Part shown: piece after piece, positions 25,301 through 37,225 of the stretch
Layout of the letters: every line of letters begins with the position of its first letter
Position numbering within the stretch: the stretch's first letter is position 1
Assembly: GCA_002633005.1 (NCBI GenBank)
Contig: NMRA01000560.1
Coordinates: forward strand, 203,123-267,122
Direction: 5' to 3'
Source of the DNA: Phoronis australis
Lineage: Eukaryota > Animalia > Phoronida
Length of the DNA: 64,000 bases
Position numbers and translations under genes: made by a program
Notes under the pieces: generated by a model
The model's database searches: none
The model's input: the letters and a program-made list of their open reading frames with translations, nothing else
What the model was told of the DNA's origin: nothing

Positions 25301-28300
25301 TTTTTTCCAGGAATAAACAAGCAGACAATTGAAAATATAGCCCACACTTATGAAAGCTCTCCTGTAATTTTAGTTGTGGATGGAAAAAAAATAAGTAGCG
25401 GAAAGGGCAAACGCATGGGGATATTGACCTGTGGGGTTTTGAACCAAAGCCAACTCTTCAGGAAAGACTGAACCAAGTTGAAAGGGAAGTGGAATTCGTG
25501 AATGAGCTAACCAAAGAAACGGATAGACTAATGACCTATAGTGTTCAGACCATTAGTGCAATACCCTCAACATCACGTGAAAAAATTCATTCCGGACTCG
25601 TTGAATTGATTAAGTTCATAGGATATCGTAATAAAACAATGAGAGACACTGAACAGACGCTAATCCGCTCTGAAGAGAAGTTCAAGCGACTCGGCGGAGA
25701 TGACTGGATGAAATCCAAGTATTTCCCGGTCATCTCTTTGATGAGGACAAAACGCAGTGAAATTTGTGCCCACCTAAAAGAAGGTCTTCAGCTGTCAGAC
25801 GAGATCACAAAATTGGGAATTGACCTAAATGGGAAATCAAACCTTTATTCCGAGAAGTTAGTTAAGCTTGCGGAACAACAGAACTTTTATTCACTGAACC
25901 CGAACTTCAATAAGTCGACTGATCCACGTTATATGCAACAAAGAACCCCGGAGTGGTTTTCTTTGCACAGCGAAGCGAAAGTTACTGGAAGTACAGCCAA
26001 CTGTGCACTCGGCTTAGAGACCTTAAAAAGACAAAAAGAACAGTTTCACCAAGTAATTCACGGCATAGAAAAACCTCGTCACAGTGCACTTAACACTCAG
26101 AGAATGCTTTATGGAACTGAACATGAACTGGATGCAGTCGCAACAATGACATCTAAAGTGTTGCCGTTTCTGTTTTCAGAACTGAGCTATTATGAAGAAG
26201 GATGCCAAACAATACCTCACGGCGACAAAGCAGCATTCATGTTAGTGAGTTCGGATGGCAGTCTCAGAACAAATGATAATGCAGAACCAATAATGATGTT
26301 TGAAAACAAGTGCAAAGCACCCCAGTCCTATAATCCTAATGCATACTACAAGATTCCTAAATATTACGCTGTATAGTTACTCTCTGAGATGTTTGCTTAC
26401 AGATGTGAGAAATTACTCTTTACGTGCTGGTCAGAGACGTCACTTACTGCTTTCATGGTTAAGTTCGACCATCATCTATGGGGAATGTGCTGGGAGGAAA
26501 TGACAGAAGTGTATGGCAGTCCAAATCCAAATCTACCTACTAAGTTCAGACCTAGTCGAAAGCTCATCCAAGAACAAATCGCTGCATTTATGGAGAATGA
26601 CATCCACTTTCTCGGTGAGTTTATGTCGTGTGTTGCTGTGAGATCACCATCGTCAGACGTCCAAAGTGATGACGCTTATATATCGCCACAGAGTTCAAAT
26701 GACGCCAAGCCAATTTCTACAGCTAGAGACTTACAGAACTGCCTTGTGTCGACGAAAAACTGGATTAATCGGGCTTATCAGTTGTCTAGGACAACTGCAT
26801 CAGAGATTCTGGTCTACATGGTGAATGATTTAGACCGGACTTACCATGCCGAAATAAATGTTGCTCATCCTATAGCGTATGCAATGAAGGGAACAAGCAT
26901 GAATAATGCCACCTTTAGAAGTATGATGAATCACGTTATCTCTGAATGTGAAGCAAGGGGTCTAAACGTGCTGGCCACGTCTAGTGATGGACAATGGCAT
27001 AAGTACGGAGTTCGCGGTGATGACAACGAACCATTGACTGTCTTGCAATTACAGAAAGATCACTGGTCAAGTGTGATGTCACAAGATAAGAAGACGATTA
27101 TGTCCCAAATAAAATCTAAAGCAAGTGTAAAGAGTTTTCCTGAAGATGTCCAAAAAGAGTACAATGTCAATGGTTCCGTGACTGTCTGGCACAAGACAGA
27201 TTCACCGATGACTGGGTATCTAAACACAGAGCACTCAAAATCCCAGAGAAATGCAATCATTGATGCTACTTGCCAGAACAGATATGATGGAACTGAATCT
27301 CAGCTGTTATCTGTAAAAGAAACATGTCTCGCACTCCTTGAGGATGAACACTTTGAAAACACCTCTCTCGAAACTCTAAATGCTGTTGAAAATGTAATTG
27401 AAAGCTCAGTAACAAATAACGTGCAGAATTCACATGAGTTCCTTGGACAGGACTATTTTGTCGAACCATGGTTGTTCCAAGAAGAACCAGGTACTGCACA
27501 AAGTTTTGGTGTAACATCTGACGTGCTCTCAGGGGCTTTTGAGGCCATGTACAGTAGTGGCCATGACGACTTCTATGTGCAAACTGTGATCGATATGAGT
27601 GTTGATAAAATACCTTTAAGAAGAGATGGTGAGCATATGGAATTGGGCGAAGAAAATCTCAACTACACAGTATATCCCAATGATGACAACACGTGTGGAC
27701 ACAGAACATGTACTTGAAAGTAAGGAGAATGGAAATGCGGAGCTATTAGTTTCTGAGAATCGTTACACTGTGGACACTGCAACGTCTGAATCTATGCTGA
27801 ATGCTTTAAAAGCAAATGAAATGGCTGAAAACTATCATAAATGGTCTCAAAACTGTTGAAGACTTCAAAAGACTTTTTGCATGTAAGACCATGTGCACTT
27901 GCAACAAGGCACTCCACAATTTTGAACTCCAAATGTGTCTACAAGTGTTACGTGTGCAGCACGGTGTTTGTTTTGACATTAAACCCTCAAAGAAGGAGCT
28001 AATTTAGTTGTTCACGTCTACATTGAACTTTGGGGTAAATCCCCCTAATAGGAAGTATCATCAGCGCAATCGAAGTGTTTGCTCACTTAGAAAAAAGTTT
28101 TGAGGGCGATGTAAGTGTAAATTTATTTTCACACAAGGGCTCGTATGTATAATTAAAATAGTTAGGAACTAGTTGAACTGTAAGAAATTATATTAATTTA
28201 ACAATTAGCTTGTCATGTTTTGTAAGAGGTGCCACTAAGAATTTAAATTGTTTCAAATGCATTCACGTTTACATGTTTAATCTTCTATAAAACCCCCTAC

Positions 28301-29053
28301 TTGGTTTCAGATCATTCTATATGTCAACCACACGAGCCGGAGTGTATCCAATGAGACAGTTTGAGTCCGATGAAACCCAAGAATGTTTTCACTACCAAAC
28401 GCAAGGCATTCATTCTGCATTAGTTTCTAGTCTGATAACTTCAAGGTTAGTGTTATGTGATACACGTTAACTGTAATTGTTTTCTTATATGCATTACTTT
28501 TTTCTGTAGTCTCTTTTTTCGTCTTCATCTATTCGTTATCATAATGTCGCGTATTAGTGCTGATAAAGGCACGTAAAGCACCATTGTTTTAAAAAATATT
28601 CAAATCGTGGCATTGTCACATAAGCAAGGTCTTCATGAGCGCCGGGTCAAAAATACCCTTCAATAAATAAACGTCCAAGCGCTTATGCATGATATTACGG
28701 TATTTCCACTACTTTGAAAACAGTGGCAAGTGTAATGCAGCTTACAGGCTAGCGTCGAAAGCTTTAAAGGAGGATTGATTATTCATAAAGTTTTGAGACC
28801 TCATAAGGTCGTAACCCTTTCATTCTCTTCAGTAGACGACGATACTAAATTCAAGATTCCTTTTTCCAGGGACCATTAATTTGATTCAGAGCAAAGGGAT
28901 CGGAAGAAGCATCTTCAGAAAGGAGGGAAAGTGTCGTTGCCAAGCGAGCCCGCCCATGGTGAGAAAGGAGTGCGACAACACCATTCGCGAGATGACTCGA
29001 AGATACCTGCTCATAAACGACTCGGATTTCAAAATTTGTCAGAAGTTGTATAG
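22380..29053 (+). pseudogene. Spliced transposase pseudogene: N-terminal C2H2 finger, DDE-like motifs, internal YqaJ/lambda-exonuclease domain
   Basis: Proposed exons: AT at 22380-22381|GTAAGT; 24550-~28111; 28311-28445; 28870-29053. Motifs: CYYC..HAVAVH; VILVVDGKKI; GDIDLWGFE (after a frameshift at ~25417); QRTPEW..VTGS, YGTEHE, VSSDG, ENKC, YYAV*LLSEM (TAG at 26374); HPIAYAM..ISECEARGLNVLATSSDG. In-frame stops and frameshifts present. Confidence 0.75.
23590..23876. mobile_element. Small MITE-like repeat built of GCAGCAAGCTTGC motifs, in the first intron of the transposase
   Basis: Many gcaagcttgc/gctgcaaac units; ends TACCAAAAAG.../...CTTCATGGGGTTA. Explains the spurious Q/C/A-rich ORFs here. 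Confidence 0.5.
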
Positions 29054-30374
29054 CCAAAAGTATTGTGGTGATAAAAGTGGTGGGATTTTGTTTAATGGTT
29101 TACTAATAACATCCATACAGAGTTGAACAGACTGACTTGCTACATCCTTGTGGCTTGTATGTGTTTGTGTTCTTGGTCCCCAGTTCACTGTGCTATTTCA
29201 GTTCATGGGACATTGAAAAAGAGTGAGAGGAGTTGTAATACACATACTATATTGTGATTTTCTCAAAACGCGACAATGTTGTCTTTAAGTCATTTCAAGA
29301 CACACTATAGTAACTACACTGGAAATCAACAATATGAAAGCAAATTCCGTAATAATAGTAATCTTTTAATCACACGTCATCTCAAAATAGCTCTGGGTAT
29401 TCAACATTACAAAGTCATTGAACATTCCCCACGAGGTATTTTTGGAATGCATTGCACTTATTATAGACACTTATTTTCTTTTTAAAATCTTATGGTAATA
29501 ACAATGGCCAATGGCACTTAGTACGGTCATTTGAATATACCTAAACACTACTGGACTTAATGAAGCTTCTGTTTTTTGTGCCTACAGATGCTTGTACGAT
29601 TTGCCGCATTCACAACAGAAAGCAGTGACCTCGTGTTGTGACGCAATGTGTCGCTTTAGGCTCACTTTCTCTGTGAAACATTGGTTGCAGGCATGACACT
29701 GAATTGTCTTGTCTCCTGAGCACAGTGCTTCATGTTGTGACTTTTTGTACCTATTGAAGAAATTCTTGCCACATAAAACACATGAAAATGCTTTGTAGTT
29801 TGCGTGCTGGCTCATGTGATCTTGAAACTTTGTTTGTCTCACGAACACTTTCCCACAGTTCGTCACTGGGCAGGTGAACGTCTTAGTTGCAGTCCTGTCA
29901 CAATGCTTTGTTGCCCTGTGGTCAAGCAGTGTTGATTTTTTACTAAACAAAGCTCCACAAGTCACACATAGTCCTTTGTCACAAGCACTAGTTCTCCTTT
30001 TTGAAGGCGTAGACGTTAAGAAGCGAAAAGACTCATCTTGTGGCAGAAGTTNAAAATATATAAAATATAGCTCTGGGTAATCAACATTACAAAGTCATTG
30101 AACATTCCCCACGAGGTATTTTTGGAATACATTGCACTTATTATAGAAACTTATTTTCTTTTTAAAATCTTATGGTAATAACAATGGCCAATGGCACTTA
30201 GTATGGTCATTTGAATATACCTAAACACTACAAAAATGCACTGGTTCTATTTAAGATAGATAAAATAACACAAATGTAGAAACAGAAAAAGGTTCAAAAT
30301 ATCACATCTGGCAACTGCCAACCATAAACTCTTTTAATCAGAATAAAAACTTAAAACAAATTTCACTACTGGAC

Positions 30375-31493
30375 TTAATGAAGCTTCTGTTTTTTGTGCC
30401 TACAGATGCTTGTACGATTTGCCGCATTCACAACAGAAAGCAGTGACCTCGTGTTGTGACGCGATGTGTCGCTTTAGGCTCACTTTCTCTGTGAAACATT
30501 GGTTGCAGGCATGACACTGAATTGTCTTGTCTCCTGAGCACAGTGCTTCATGTTGTGACTTTTTGTACCTATTGAAGAACTTCTTGCCACATAAAACACA
30601 TGAAAATGCTTTGTAGTTTGCGTGCTGGCTCATGTGATCTTGAAACTTTGTTTGTCTCACGAACACTTTCCCACAGTCCGTCACTGGGCAGGTGAACGTC
30701 TTAGTTGCAGTCCTGTCACAATGCTTTGTTGCCATGTGGTCAAGCAGTGTTGATTTTTTACTAAACGAAGCTCCACAAGTCACACATAGTCCTTTGTCAC
30801 AAGCACTAGTTCTCCTTTTTGAAGGTGTAGACATTAAGAAGCAAAAAGACTCATCTTGTGGCAGAAGTTCAACTAAAAAATATCAAAAGCATTTCAGTTA
30901 TACTTGTTAGGTTAAATCTCACAAAAATCATGAAAAACAGTGAAGTATAATAAACAATCAACCCGCCCGGCGCCTATTTCAGGGCCGGTACGTATTAAAT
31001 GTAAAACTGACATAACAGCGTAACTTGAACGAGTATTCAGGCTAATGCATAGAAAAAGAATGTGCATTCACGATCGCTTTTTTTGCGTTCACGATCGCCA
31101 TATGAAAGTAACGATTTCGTTCTCGATCGCCGTCTCGCACAAGGACAAGCTTGTATTGGTAAATATCTCGAATTGTTTCACAAAACATAACTTCGAAAGG
31201 TGTCACCTGGGGCAATGAAGCTCTAAACGTCACACTTCTTTACTTTAGAACTCTGGAACTGCTAATAACAAGTAAAACTTGTTGACTTTACGACGCGCAA
31301 GACATTTTATCCCTTCCGTAATGAAAGACCCGGGAAATAAACTATTTTATTCGTTTTCGGTTCGTAGTAAAGTATAGCGCAACAAAGCTTAAGCTCTGAC
31401 GCTTTTCTCTGTGTCGCATTCGTGCCAAAGTAGCCACTATTTAAGAAGAAAATGACACTAAGACTCACTGGGTACATCATCGTCGTCTGCCAT
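30375..31493 (-). pseudogene. C2H2 zinc-finger protein gene carried by the TIR element (five fingers, last one frameshifted)
   Basis: Exon 1 31493-31469 (aaaATGGCAGACGACGATGATGTACCCA|GTGAGT, MADDDDVP) splices in phase to exon 2 from 30872 (ttttttag|TTGAA). Fingers: CVTC..HMATKH, CPVTDC..HMSQH, CVLC..HEALC, CHAC..HIASQH, CECGKSYKH. The last finger continues in another frame as CRHKKQKLH* (stop 30377-30375). Allelic duplicate at 29557-30051. Confidence 0.8.
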
Positions 31494-31558
31494 TTTTGCG
31501 ACAAAGTGGCGTTCTCGATCGCTTTCCGGACGTTCCCGATCGCGGGTTGGCCGGGGTG

Positions 31559-33093
31559 CTTATGCAGTCGACCTCACCGCTTGTCGAGAGGCATCACGTT
31601 AACCTGAGAGAAAGGTGAGAAACGATGCAGCGACGCCAGTGCTTCATATCTGCAGAGTGAATGCCGCTATATATTGTGGTACATCGCTTCACGCTTGTCC
31701 GAACTATGAAGCTGCGAAGAAAGCGGGTATATTGTTTTTTCGACTTCCTCGAGAGCTAGAAATGCTTAGGAAGAGGCTCGTGGTAGTGAAGAATGAAAAG
31801 TACGCTGTTAATAGCAAATATGAGGCCGTCTGCGGCCGGCATTTCGTCGACAGTGATTTCTCTGACGAATTCCGTCTTACCAAAGAACTATCCATACGTT
31901 CCGTTGCCTGTGCATGTTCACGGGGCATCTCTAGTATTCCTTGATCAGTGTATTCCGGTTGGAACTGATAGCCTGTGAAACCTAACAATCCAACCTGTGA
32001 AGTCTTCGTCGGATGAGCTCTCTAAGTCGAGATTTGCGGAGGGCGAGTTGCCATGTAGACGTTCATTATTATGCGTTCTGTTTCAAAATGAATTATTCTC
32101 ACCCAAACCAATGCTGATATAAAACTGAAACAGTCTGTCTCATTAGATACAATTTGTACTGCCTTTGGAGTATTCGTGAGTGCAAATGTTTTGAGAAGCC
32201 AGCAATGAATAAACTACTGCGTTACCGGCTTTAGATGCAATAAAAGTAATTGACCGGGCACCGAGGCCGTGTGAGCGCATGCTAATTAATTCAGTGTTTG
32301 CTGACAGAAAGCTGTTGTGAAAAAATAACTCGACTTGATATGCTATGGTCACATGTTAAGGGAATCTTTATTTAGATATACAAATACATTATTCAAATCA
32401 GTGTTACTCGGTACAACCTCCGGCTCTGACAGTTCTGTGGAAGGGGAACCTGACTTCGCAGCGTGGCTAATTCACCTAAATAATTACGTGCACAGTATTT
32501 CTTTGCCTCACTATTATGTGTTTTCGTGATTGGAGGTTCATTTTCCAACTTAAGCAGGTTTATGTTCGTGATGTCCAGTCCAGGCGGCCGCGACGGGCCT
32601 GACCAGGTTCCGAGCCACCTGCGGGGAGTAACAAGCGTTTTGTGTGTTTAGAACTGAAAAAATCGCAAGACTAAAAGTGCAACACACAGTTATGTTCCCC
32701 CGTCTGTATTTCACGGAAGAATGATTCCAATTTATCACCAAACAGACCCAAACTCCCACGATCGACCATGATAAATTGGCCTAAGGAACCTAGGAGTCTA
32801 CACTCCTTGACCGGCAAACTCTGTGAGTTACCGTACGTTCAAATACCTACAAATCCGTAACAGCAAAATAAAACAACACGTTTGTTCAAGAGCTCTATGT
32901 ATTTGTAAGGGTTTTACATCGAAATTTGATGATTTATTGGGGTGAAACGACGCATTCAAGCGAAAAGTTGACACCAGTAAGCGTGTTGTGAATGGCTGAA
33001 CAGACTGTGAGAACCGATTATGTCATTGGTTGGAGTAGAACTACACGATCTAAATTGATACAAAATAGGTTGTTTTTTGGGTGGCATTCTCCT
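31559..33093 (+). mobile_element. Kolobok-like non-autonomous element with THAP relic (left end missing or interrupted)
   Basis: THAP-like FFRLPRELEMLRK..VKNE..VCGRHFVDSDF; colinear homology to 56569-58261; right end GGGTGGCATTCTCCT followed by TCAA. Confidence 0.7.
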
Positions 33094-33683
33094 TCAATAT
33101 ATTTGAACTATTCTTGCTTCCTATGTAATACACCATACTACAAAAAAAAACAAAATAAACATTTTTAACTGAACAAAATGCAACAGAACCCTAAAATTTT
33201 ATGTAATTTCAAATCCATTTTACATTACACCAAAAATCCTGATGGTAACTTTTGTGGTTAGGAACACATAAAAAGTCAATTTCAAATTTCAAAAAATAAA
33301 GCACAGCCTCGATGTTTAAAAGAAAAATCCAATTGTAAATAAAGTAAACTGCTTGCAACATTACCGCGAGGCAAAAGATGTTAACAATGAACATACTTGC
33401 ACAAAATTTAGCCCAATCCTTAATTTGAATTTTACTTTAATATCAAACATATTATTACCTATTTCTAACAAGTGCTATTTTTTGTATTTCATGGAAATTA
33501 TTGAGACTTCTGCAGCAACAATTGACAATCAGGTTCCAGATAAGCTTGAAATCTTATGAAGGTCAACAAGGATCTTTAAAGTGCTTAAAACTACAATTTA
33601 TCTTATTTTGACAATTGACTACATTGTCAGCATTAAAACTTCCTTTATAACACTGCATACCACAATCAAGGACTCAATATCCC

Positions 33684-36600
33684 AACAAGAGCAACGCGGA
33701 GCGTTGAAATGCTCCCACGAATGCATTGCAAATGGTGTGCTTCTAGGGTTATTTATTTGTATCATGGCGACTAGATGGCGCAAAAACATAAAATCCATCC
33801 AAAAACTGGAACATGCCATATTTCATAAAAATCGGTCAAGGAACTTCAGAGAAACAAAGGAAAACAGAATAAAATGAGAGCGCTCGGAAGAGCGACACTT
33901 GGCGGAATTAATCGAAAAGACGACAATGAGAGCGACGACGACAATCATGACGATCTAGGCGGCAATTATGAATAAAACGATAACATGCATGTGACTAGCG
34001 AAGAAATCAAATAGAGAGCATACAATCAACTACAATAAAGAACAATAGATGGCGCAACATGACGGACGAGCCATGCTTTACAGCAGGACAGTGCTGGCTG
34101 GGTCAGTCTGGGTCAACTAGGCATAATCAAAACAAAGTGAACTGAAAGCCAGCTGCGTGCTTGCATTGGTGACCGAAGGAACAACGGTATCCGAAAATCT
34201 CGAATAATTCAAAAAGTAGACGTCGTAGCGCAAAATGGAAAATATCTTCTGAAAGCCCGTTCTAAATTCTATCTAAAGTGGTAGTTTGGCAAAAATCAAA
34301 AAAATTTTTGAGAAAATTGAAAATTTGCGGTTTTTTTTAAATTTAAAGTCAAATAAATCGAAAACGGTAAGTCTGAGAAATACGCTCTTGCAGTCTTTTT
34401 GAAAGGCCATACTTCAAGGAATTCACATGCAAAAATTCACGTCATTTACTCTTCCCGTTAAAAATGCGACACCAGAGCGATTGAAACCGTGTGAACATGC
34501 GCCACAGCCGCCATCTTGAGAGTGACTTCCGGTTCAATAAATTTTTATAAAAGCTTATTAAACTCAACAAACATGTGACCAGTTTGAAAGTGATTGGTTT
34601 GCAAATGCGCCCTCTACAGGAGAAAACGTTTTTAGCCATATTTCGGGGTGCGCATGCGCCACGTCCAATATTTCCGCCATCTTTAACCGGAAGTCAACGA
34701 TTCTCTGCATAATTGTAGCACATGCGTTGTAGTATATTCGTACCGATTTTCAGCCGTGTAAGTCGTAAAATGCGGCCTCTACGAGTATTTGACTGTGAAA
34801 TCGGATACAAAATGGCCGCCACGTCCGCCATTTTGCATCCGATGATGACCAAAAACAATAGCGTTCCAGTACTTCCGGATCTACATGTTGTGTGCAAATT
34901 TCGTGAAAATCAGACCAAAATTGTGACCTGTAGAGAGCGAACAAACAAAAAAAATGAAAGCGCTCTGAGGAGCGAACCTTGGCGAAATTAACCAAAAGGA
35001 TGACGATAAAGATGATGACGAAGATGACGACGATGGTGGTGAGGATGAACAAAAGAAGTAATAATAACATACACATGACGAACGTAGAAGTCCGAAATCA
35101 GTAAGAAAAAGGCTAGTCTTGTGCGACACTTGGCGAAATTAACGGAAAAGACAACGACGGAGAAGATGACGACGATGATGACGAATATGATGATGGTGGT
35201 GGCGATGATGAACAACATCACAACATTCGTATGATGAACTTAGATGTCATCAATCAATAAGAAATGGGCTTCAGTCTAGTTCAATAGAAGGTAAACCAAC
35301 ATCAATGCAGCAAGAGCGCTCAACAAAGGAACATTGTTATCAGAAAATCTCCAATAACTCGAAAAGTAGACGCCCTAGCGATAAAGGGAAACATCCTCTG
35401 AAAGCCCGTTCAAAATTCTATCTAAACTGATGGTATTGCCTGATTCCGTAAATTTTTCGAAAAAAATGAAATTTTGAGTTTTTTTTAAGAAATTCAGTCA
35501 AATAACTCGAAAACGGCAAGTCTGAGAAAAAATTGAAAGAACATACTTCAAAAAATCCACATGCAAAAAATCACGTCTTTTTTTCTTCCCGTTTAAAATC
35601 GCACTCCAGCACGACTGAAAATGGGTCAACATGCGCCAGATCCGCCATCTTGAAAGCAACTTCCGGTTTTTTGCCTTTGTATAATAGCAAGTTATAAGAA
35701 ACTAATACCTGTAAAAATTCGAAGAAATTGGTCTTATAATGCGCCCTCTACAGGAGAAAACGTTTCTAGGCCAAAATCGAGGTGCGCATGCGCGATCGCC
35801 GATATTTCCGCCATCTTTAACCGGAAGTGAACAATTTCCGGTATACTTGTAGAAAACTTCCGGTCCATTTACTGTGCCGATTCTTAGCCTTTTACGTAAA
35901 AAATTATAGACTCCAGAAGCATTTGAACCTTGGATCCGATTTTGACGAAAAACAATAGGCTTCCAGTACTTTTGGAAGTACGTGTTGTGTGTAAATTTCG
36001 TGATGATCGGACGAAAATTGCGACCTGTATCGTGCGAACAAACAAAAAAAAGCTTAGTGGAAGAGCAACATACTTGGCGAAATTTATTTCGCGAAGTAAA
36101 AACTTCCTGTCAGACCAACATACTTGGCGGAATTCTTCCGCCAAGTAATGAAATTGACACTAGTGGGCACAGTGTCCGTTCCGCCTGAAAGTGATCGTCG
36201 TCTGTTGTTATCTTCATATAAATACACTTTCTAAATTTAGTAAAGATCCTGCAGTGGGTTTAAGAGATACAACTATGGGCGCAAAACAAAACTACCACTA
36301 TGAGGCGCCACAGTAGTCAGTCACCATCATCAAAGGTCGTCTTCACACTGAGAGCCTTTATGCCAATTTTCATATGATTTGGTTGATACAGTGGTGGACA
36401 CCAAAAACAAGATTTGAAAACGCCAAAAATGGCCACTAGGTGGCAAAGTACCTTGATTCCATCCAAAAACAGGAAGATAGCATCATCACACCAATAGATG
36501 CCTATACTAAAAATTTGATGAAGATATGTTAAGGACCTTTGAAGATACTGAGTTAAACGTAAAAAACTAAAATTGCCACTAGGGGACACAGCAGTAATCA

Positions 36601-37225
36601 GATCTGTCCGAAAGTCGTCGTCATCCGTAGTCAACACCATATTGCTAAATTAAGTAAAGATCCTGCGAGCAGTTTAGGAGATACAGCCATAGGCGCAACA
36701 AAAACAAAACTGCCACTAGGAGGCGCCACAGTAGTCGAAATCGTCGGCAAATCATCGTCAACCGTCCTCTTTATAGTAAGCACATACATGCCAATTTTCA
36801 CAATCATCCTTTGAGCGGTTTGGTTGATAGAGGTGTGGACGTAAAAAACAGACTCGAAAACAGTAAAAATGGCCACTAGGTGGCGCAAACTACGTCGGAT
36901 CCATCCGAAAACGGGAGGATAGCGTCATCTCACTAATAGGTGCCTACATACCAAATTTCATGAAAATCTGTTCTGGACTTTTGAAGACACAAAGGTAAGC
37001 GTAAAAAACTAAAATTGCCACTAGGGGACACACCGGTAGTCGGATCCGTCCGCAAGTTCGCTCATGCCATGCCGTCCCATTCATGAATGGACCATATGTG
37101 CCAAATTTCATGAACGTATCTCAAAGGGTTTGGAGATAGAGCAGCGGACGCCGGACGGACGCCGCCCGGACGGGCGGAGATGACGGCATAATGCGTCCAC
37201 ATATAAATATGTGGGCGCATAAAAA
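33684..37225 (-). mobile_element. Helentron-type non-autonomous element (family B) with internal ccactag tandem units, interrupted by family A
   Basis: AACAAGAG end with hairpin CAACGCggaGCGTTG and subTIR ATGCTCCCAC. The other end has a (ggac)n microsatellite and hairpin ATGCGTCCACATAT-AA-ATATGTGGGCGCAT followed by an A run. Confidence 0.65.
33875..36148 (-). mobile_element. Helentron-type non-autonomous element (family A), dimeric, nested in family B
   Basis: Hairpin CGCTCggaaGAGCG plus subTIR ACTTGGCGGAATT at one end; palindrome TACTTGGCGGAA..TTCCGCCAAGTA at the other; second unit starts ~34953; inverted homolog at 61740-63180. Confidence 0.75.

Larger units (their letters stand above)
22302..31558 (+). 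mobile_element. Large TIR DNA transposon encoding a P-like transposase/YqaJ nuclease fusion and a C2H2 zinc-finger gene (defective copy)
   Basis: 49-bp TIRs at 22302-22350 and 31510-31558 (46/49 identical, starting CACCCCGGCCAACCCGCGATCG); subterminal GCGATCGRGAACG clusters at both ends; two convergent genes inside. Spans three assembly Ns. Confidence 0.85.

Noticed and set aside
29385-30872. Two tandem zinc-finger genes
   Set aside because: The copies flank N 30052 and differ by SNPs and one indel; probably haplotypes of one gene.
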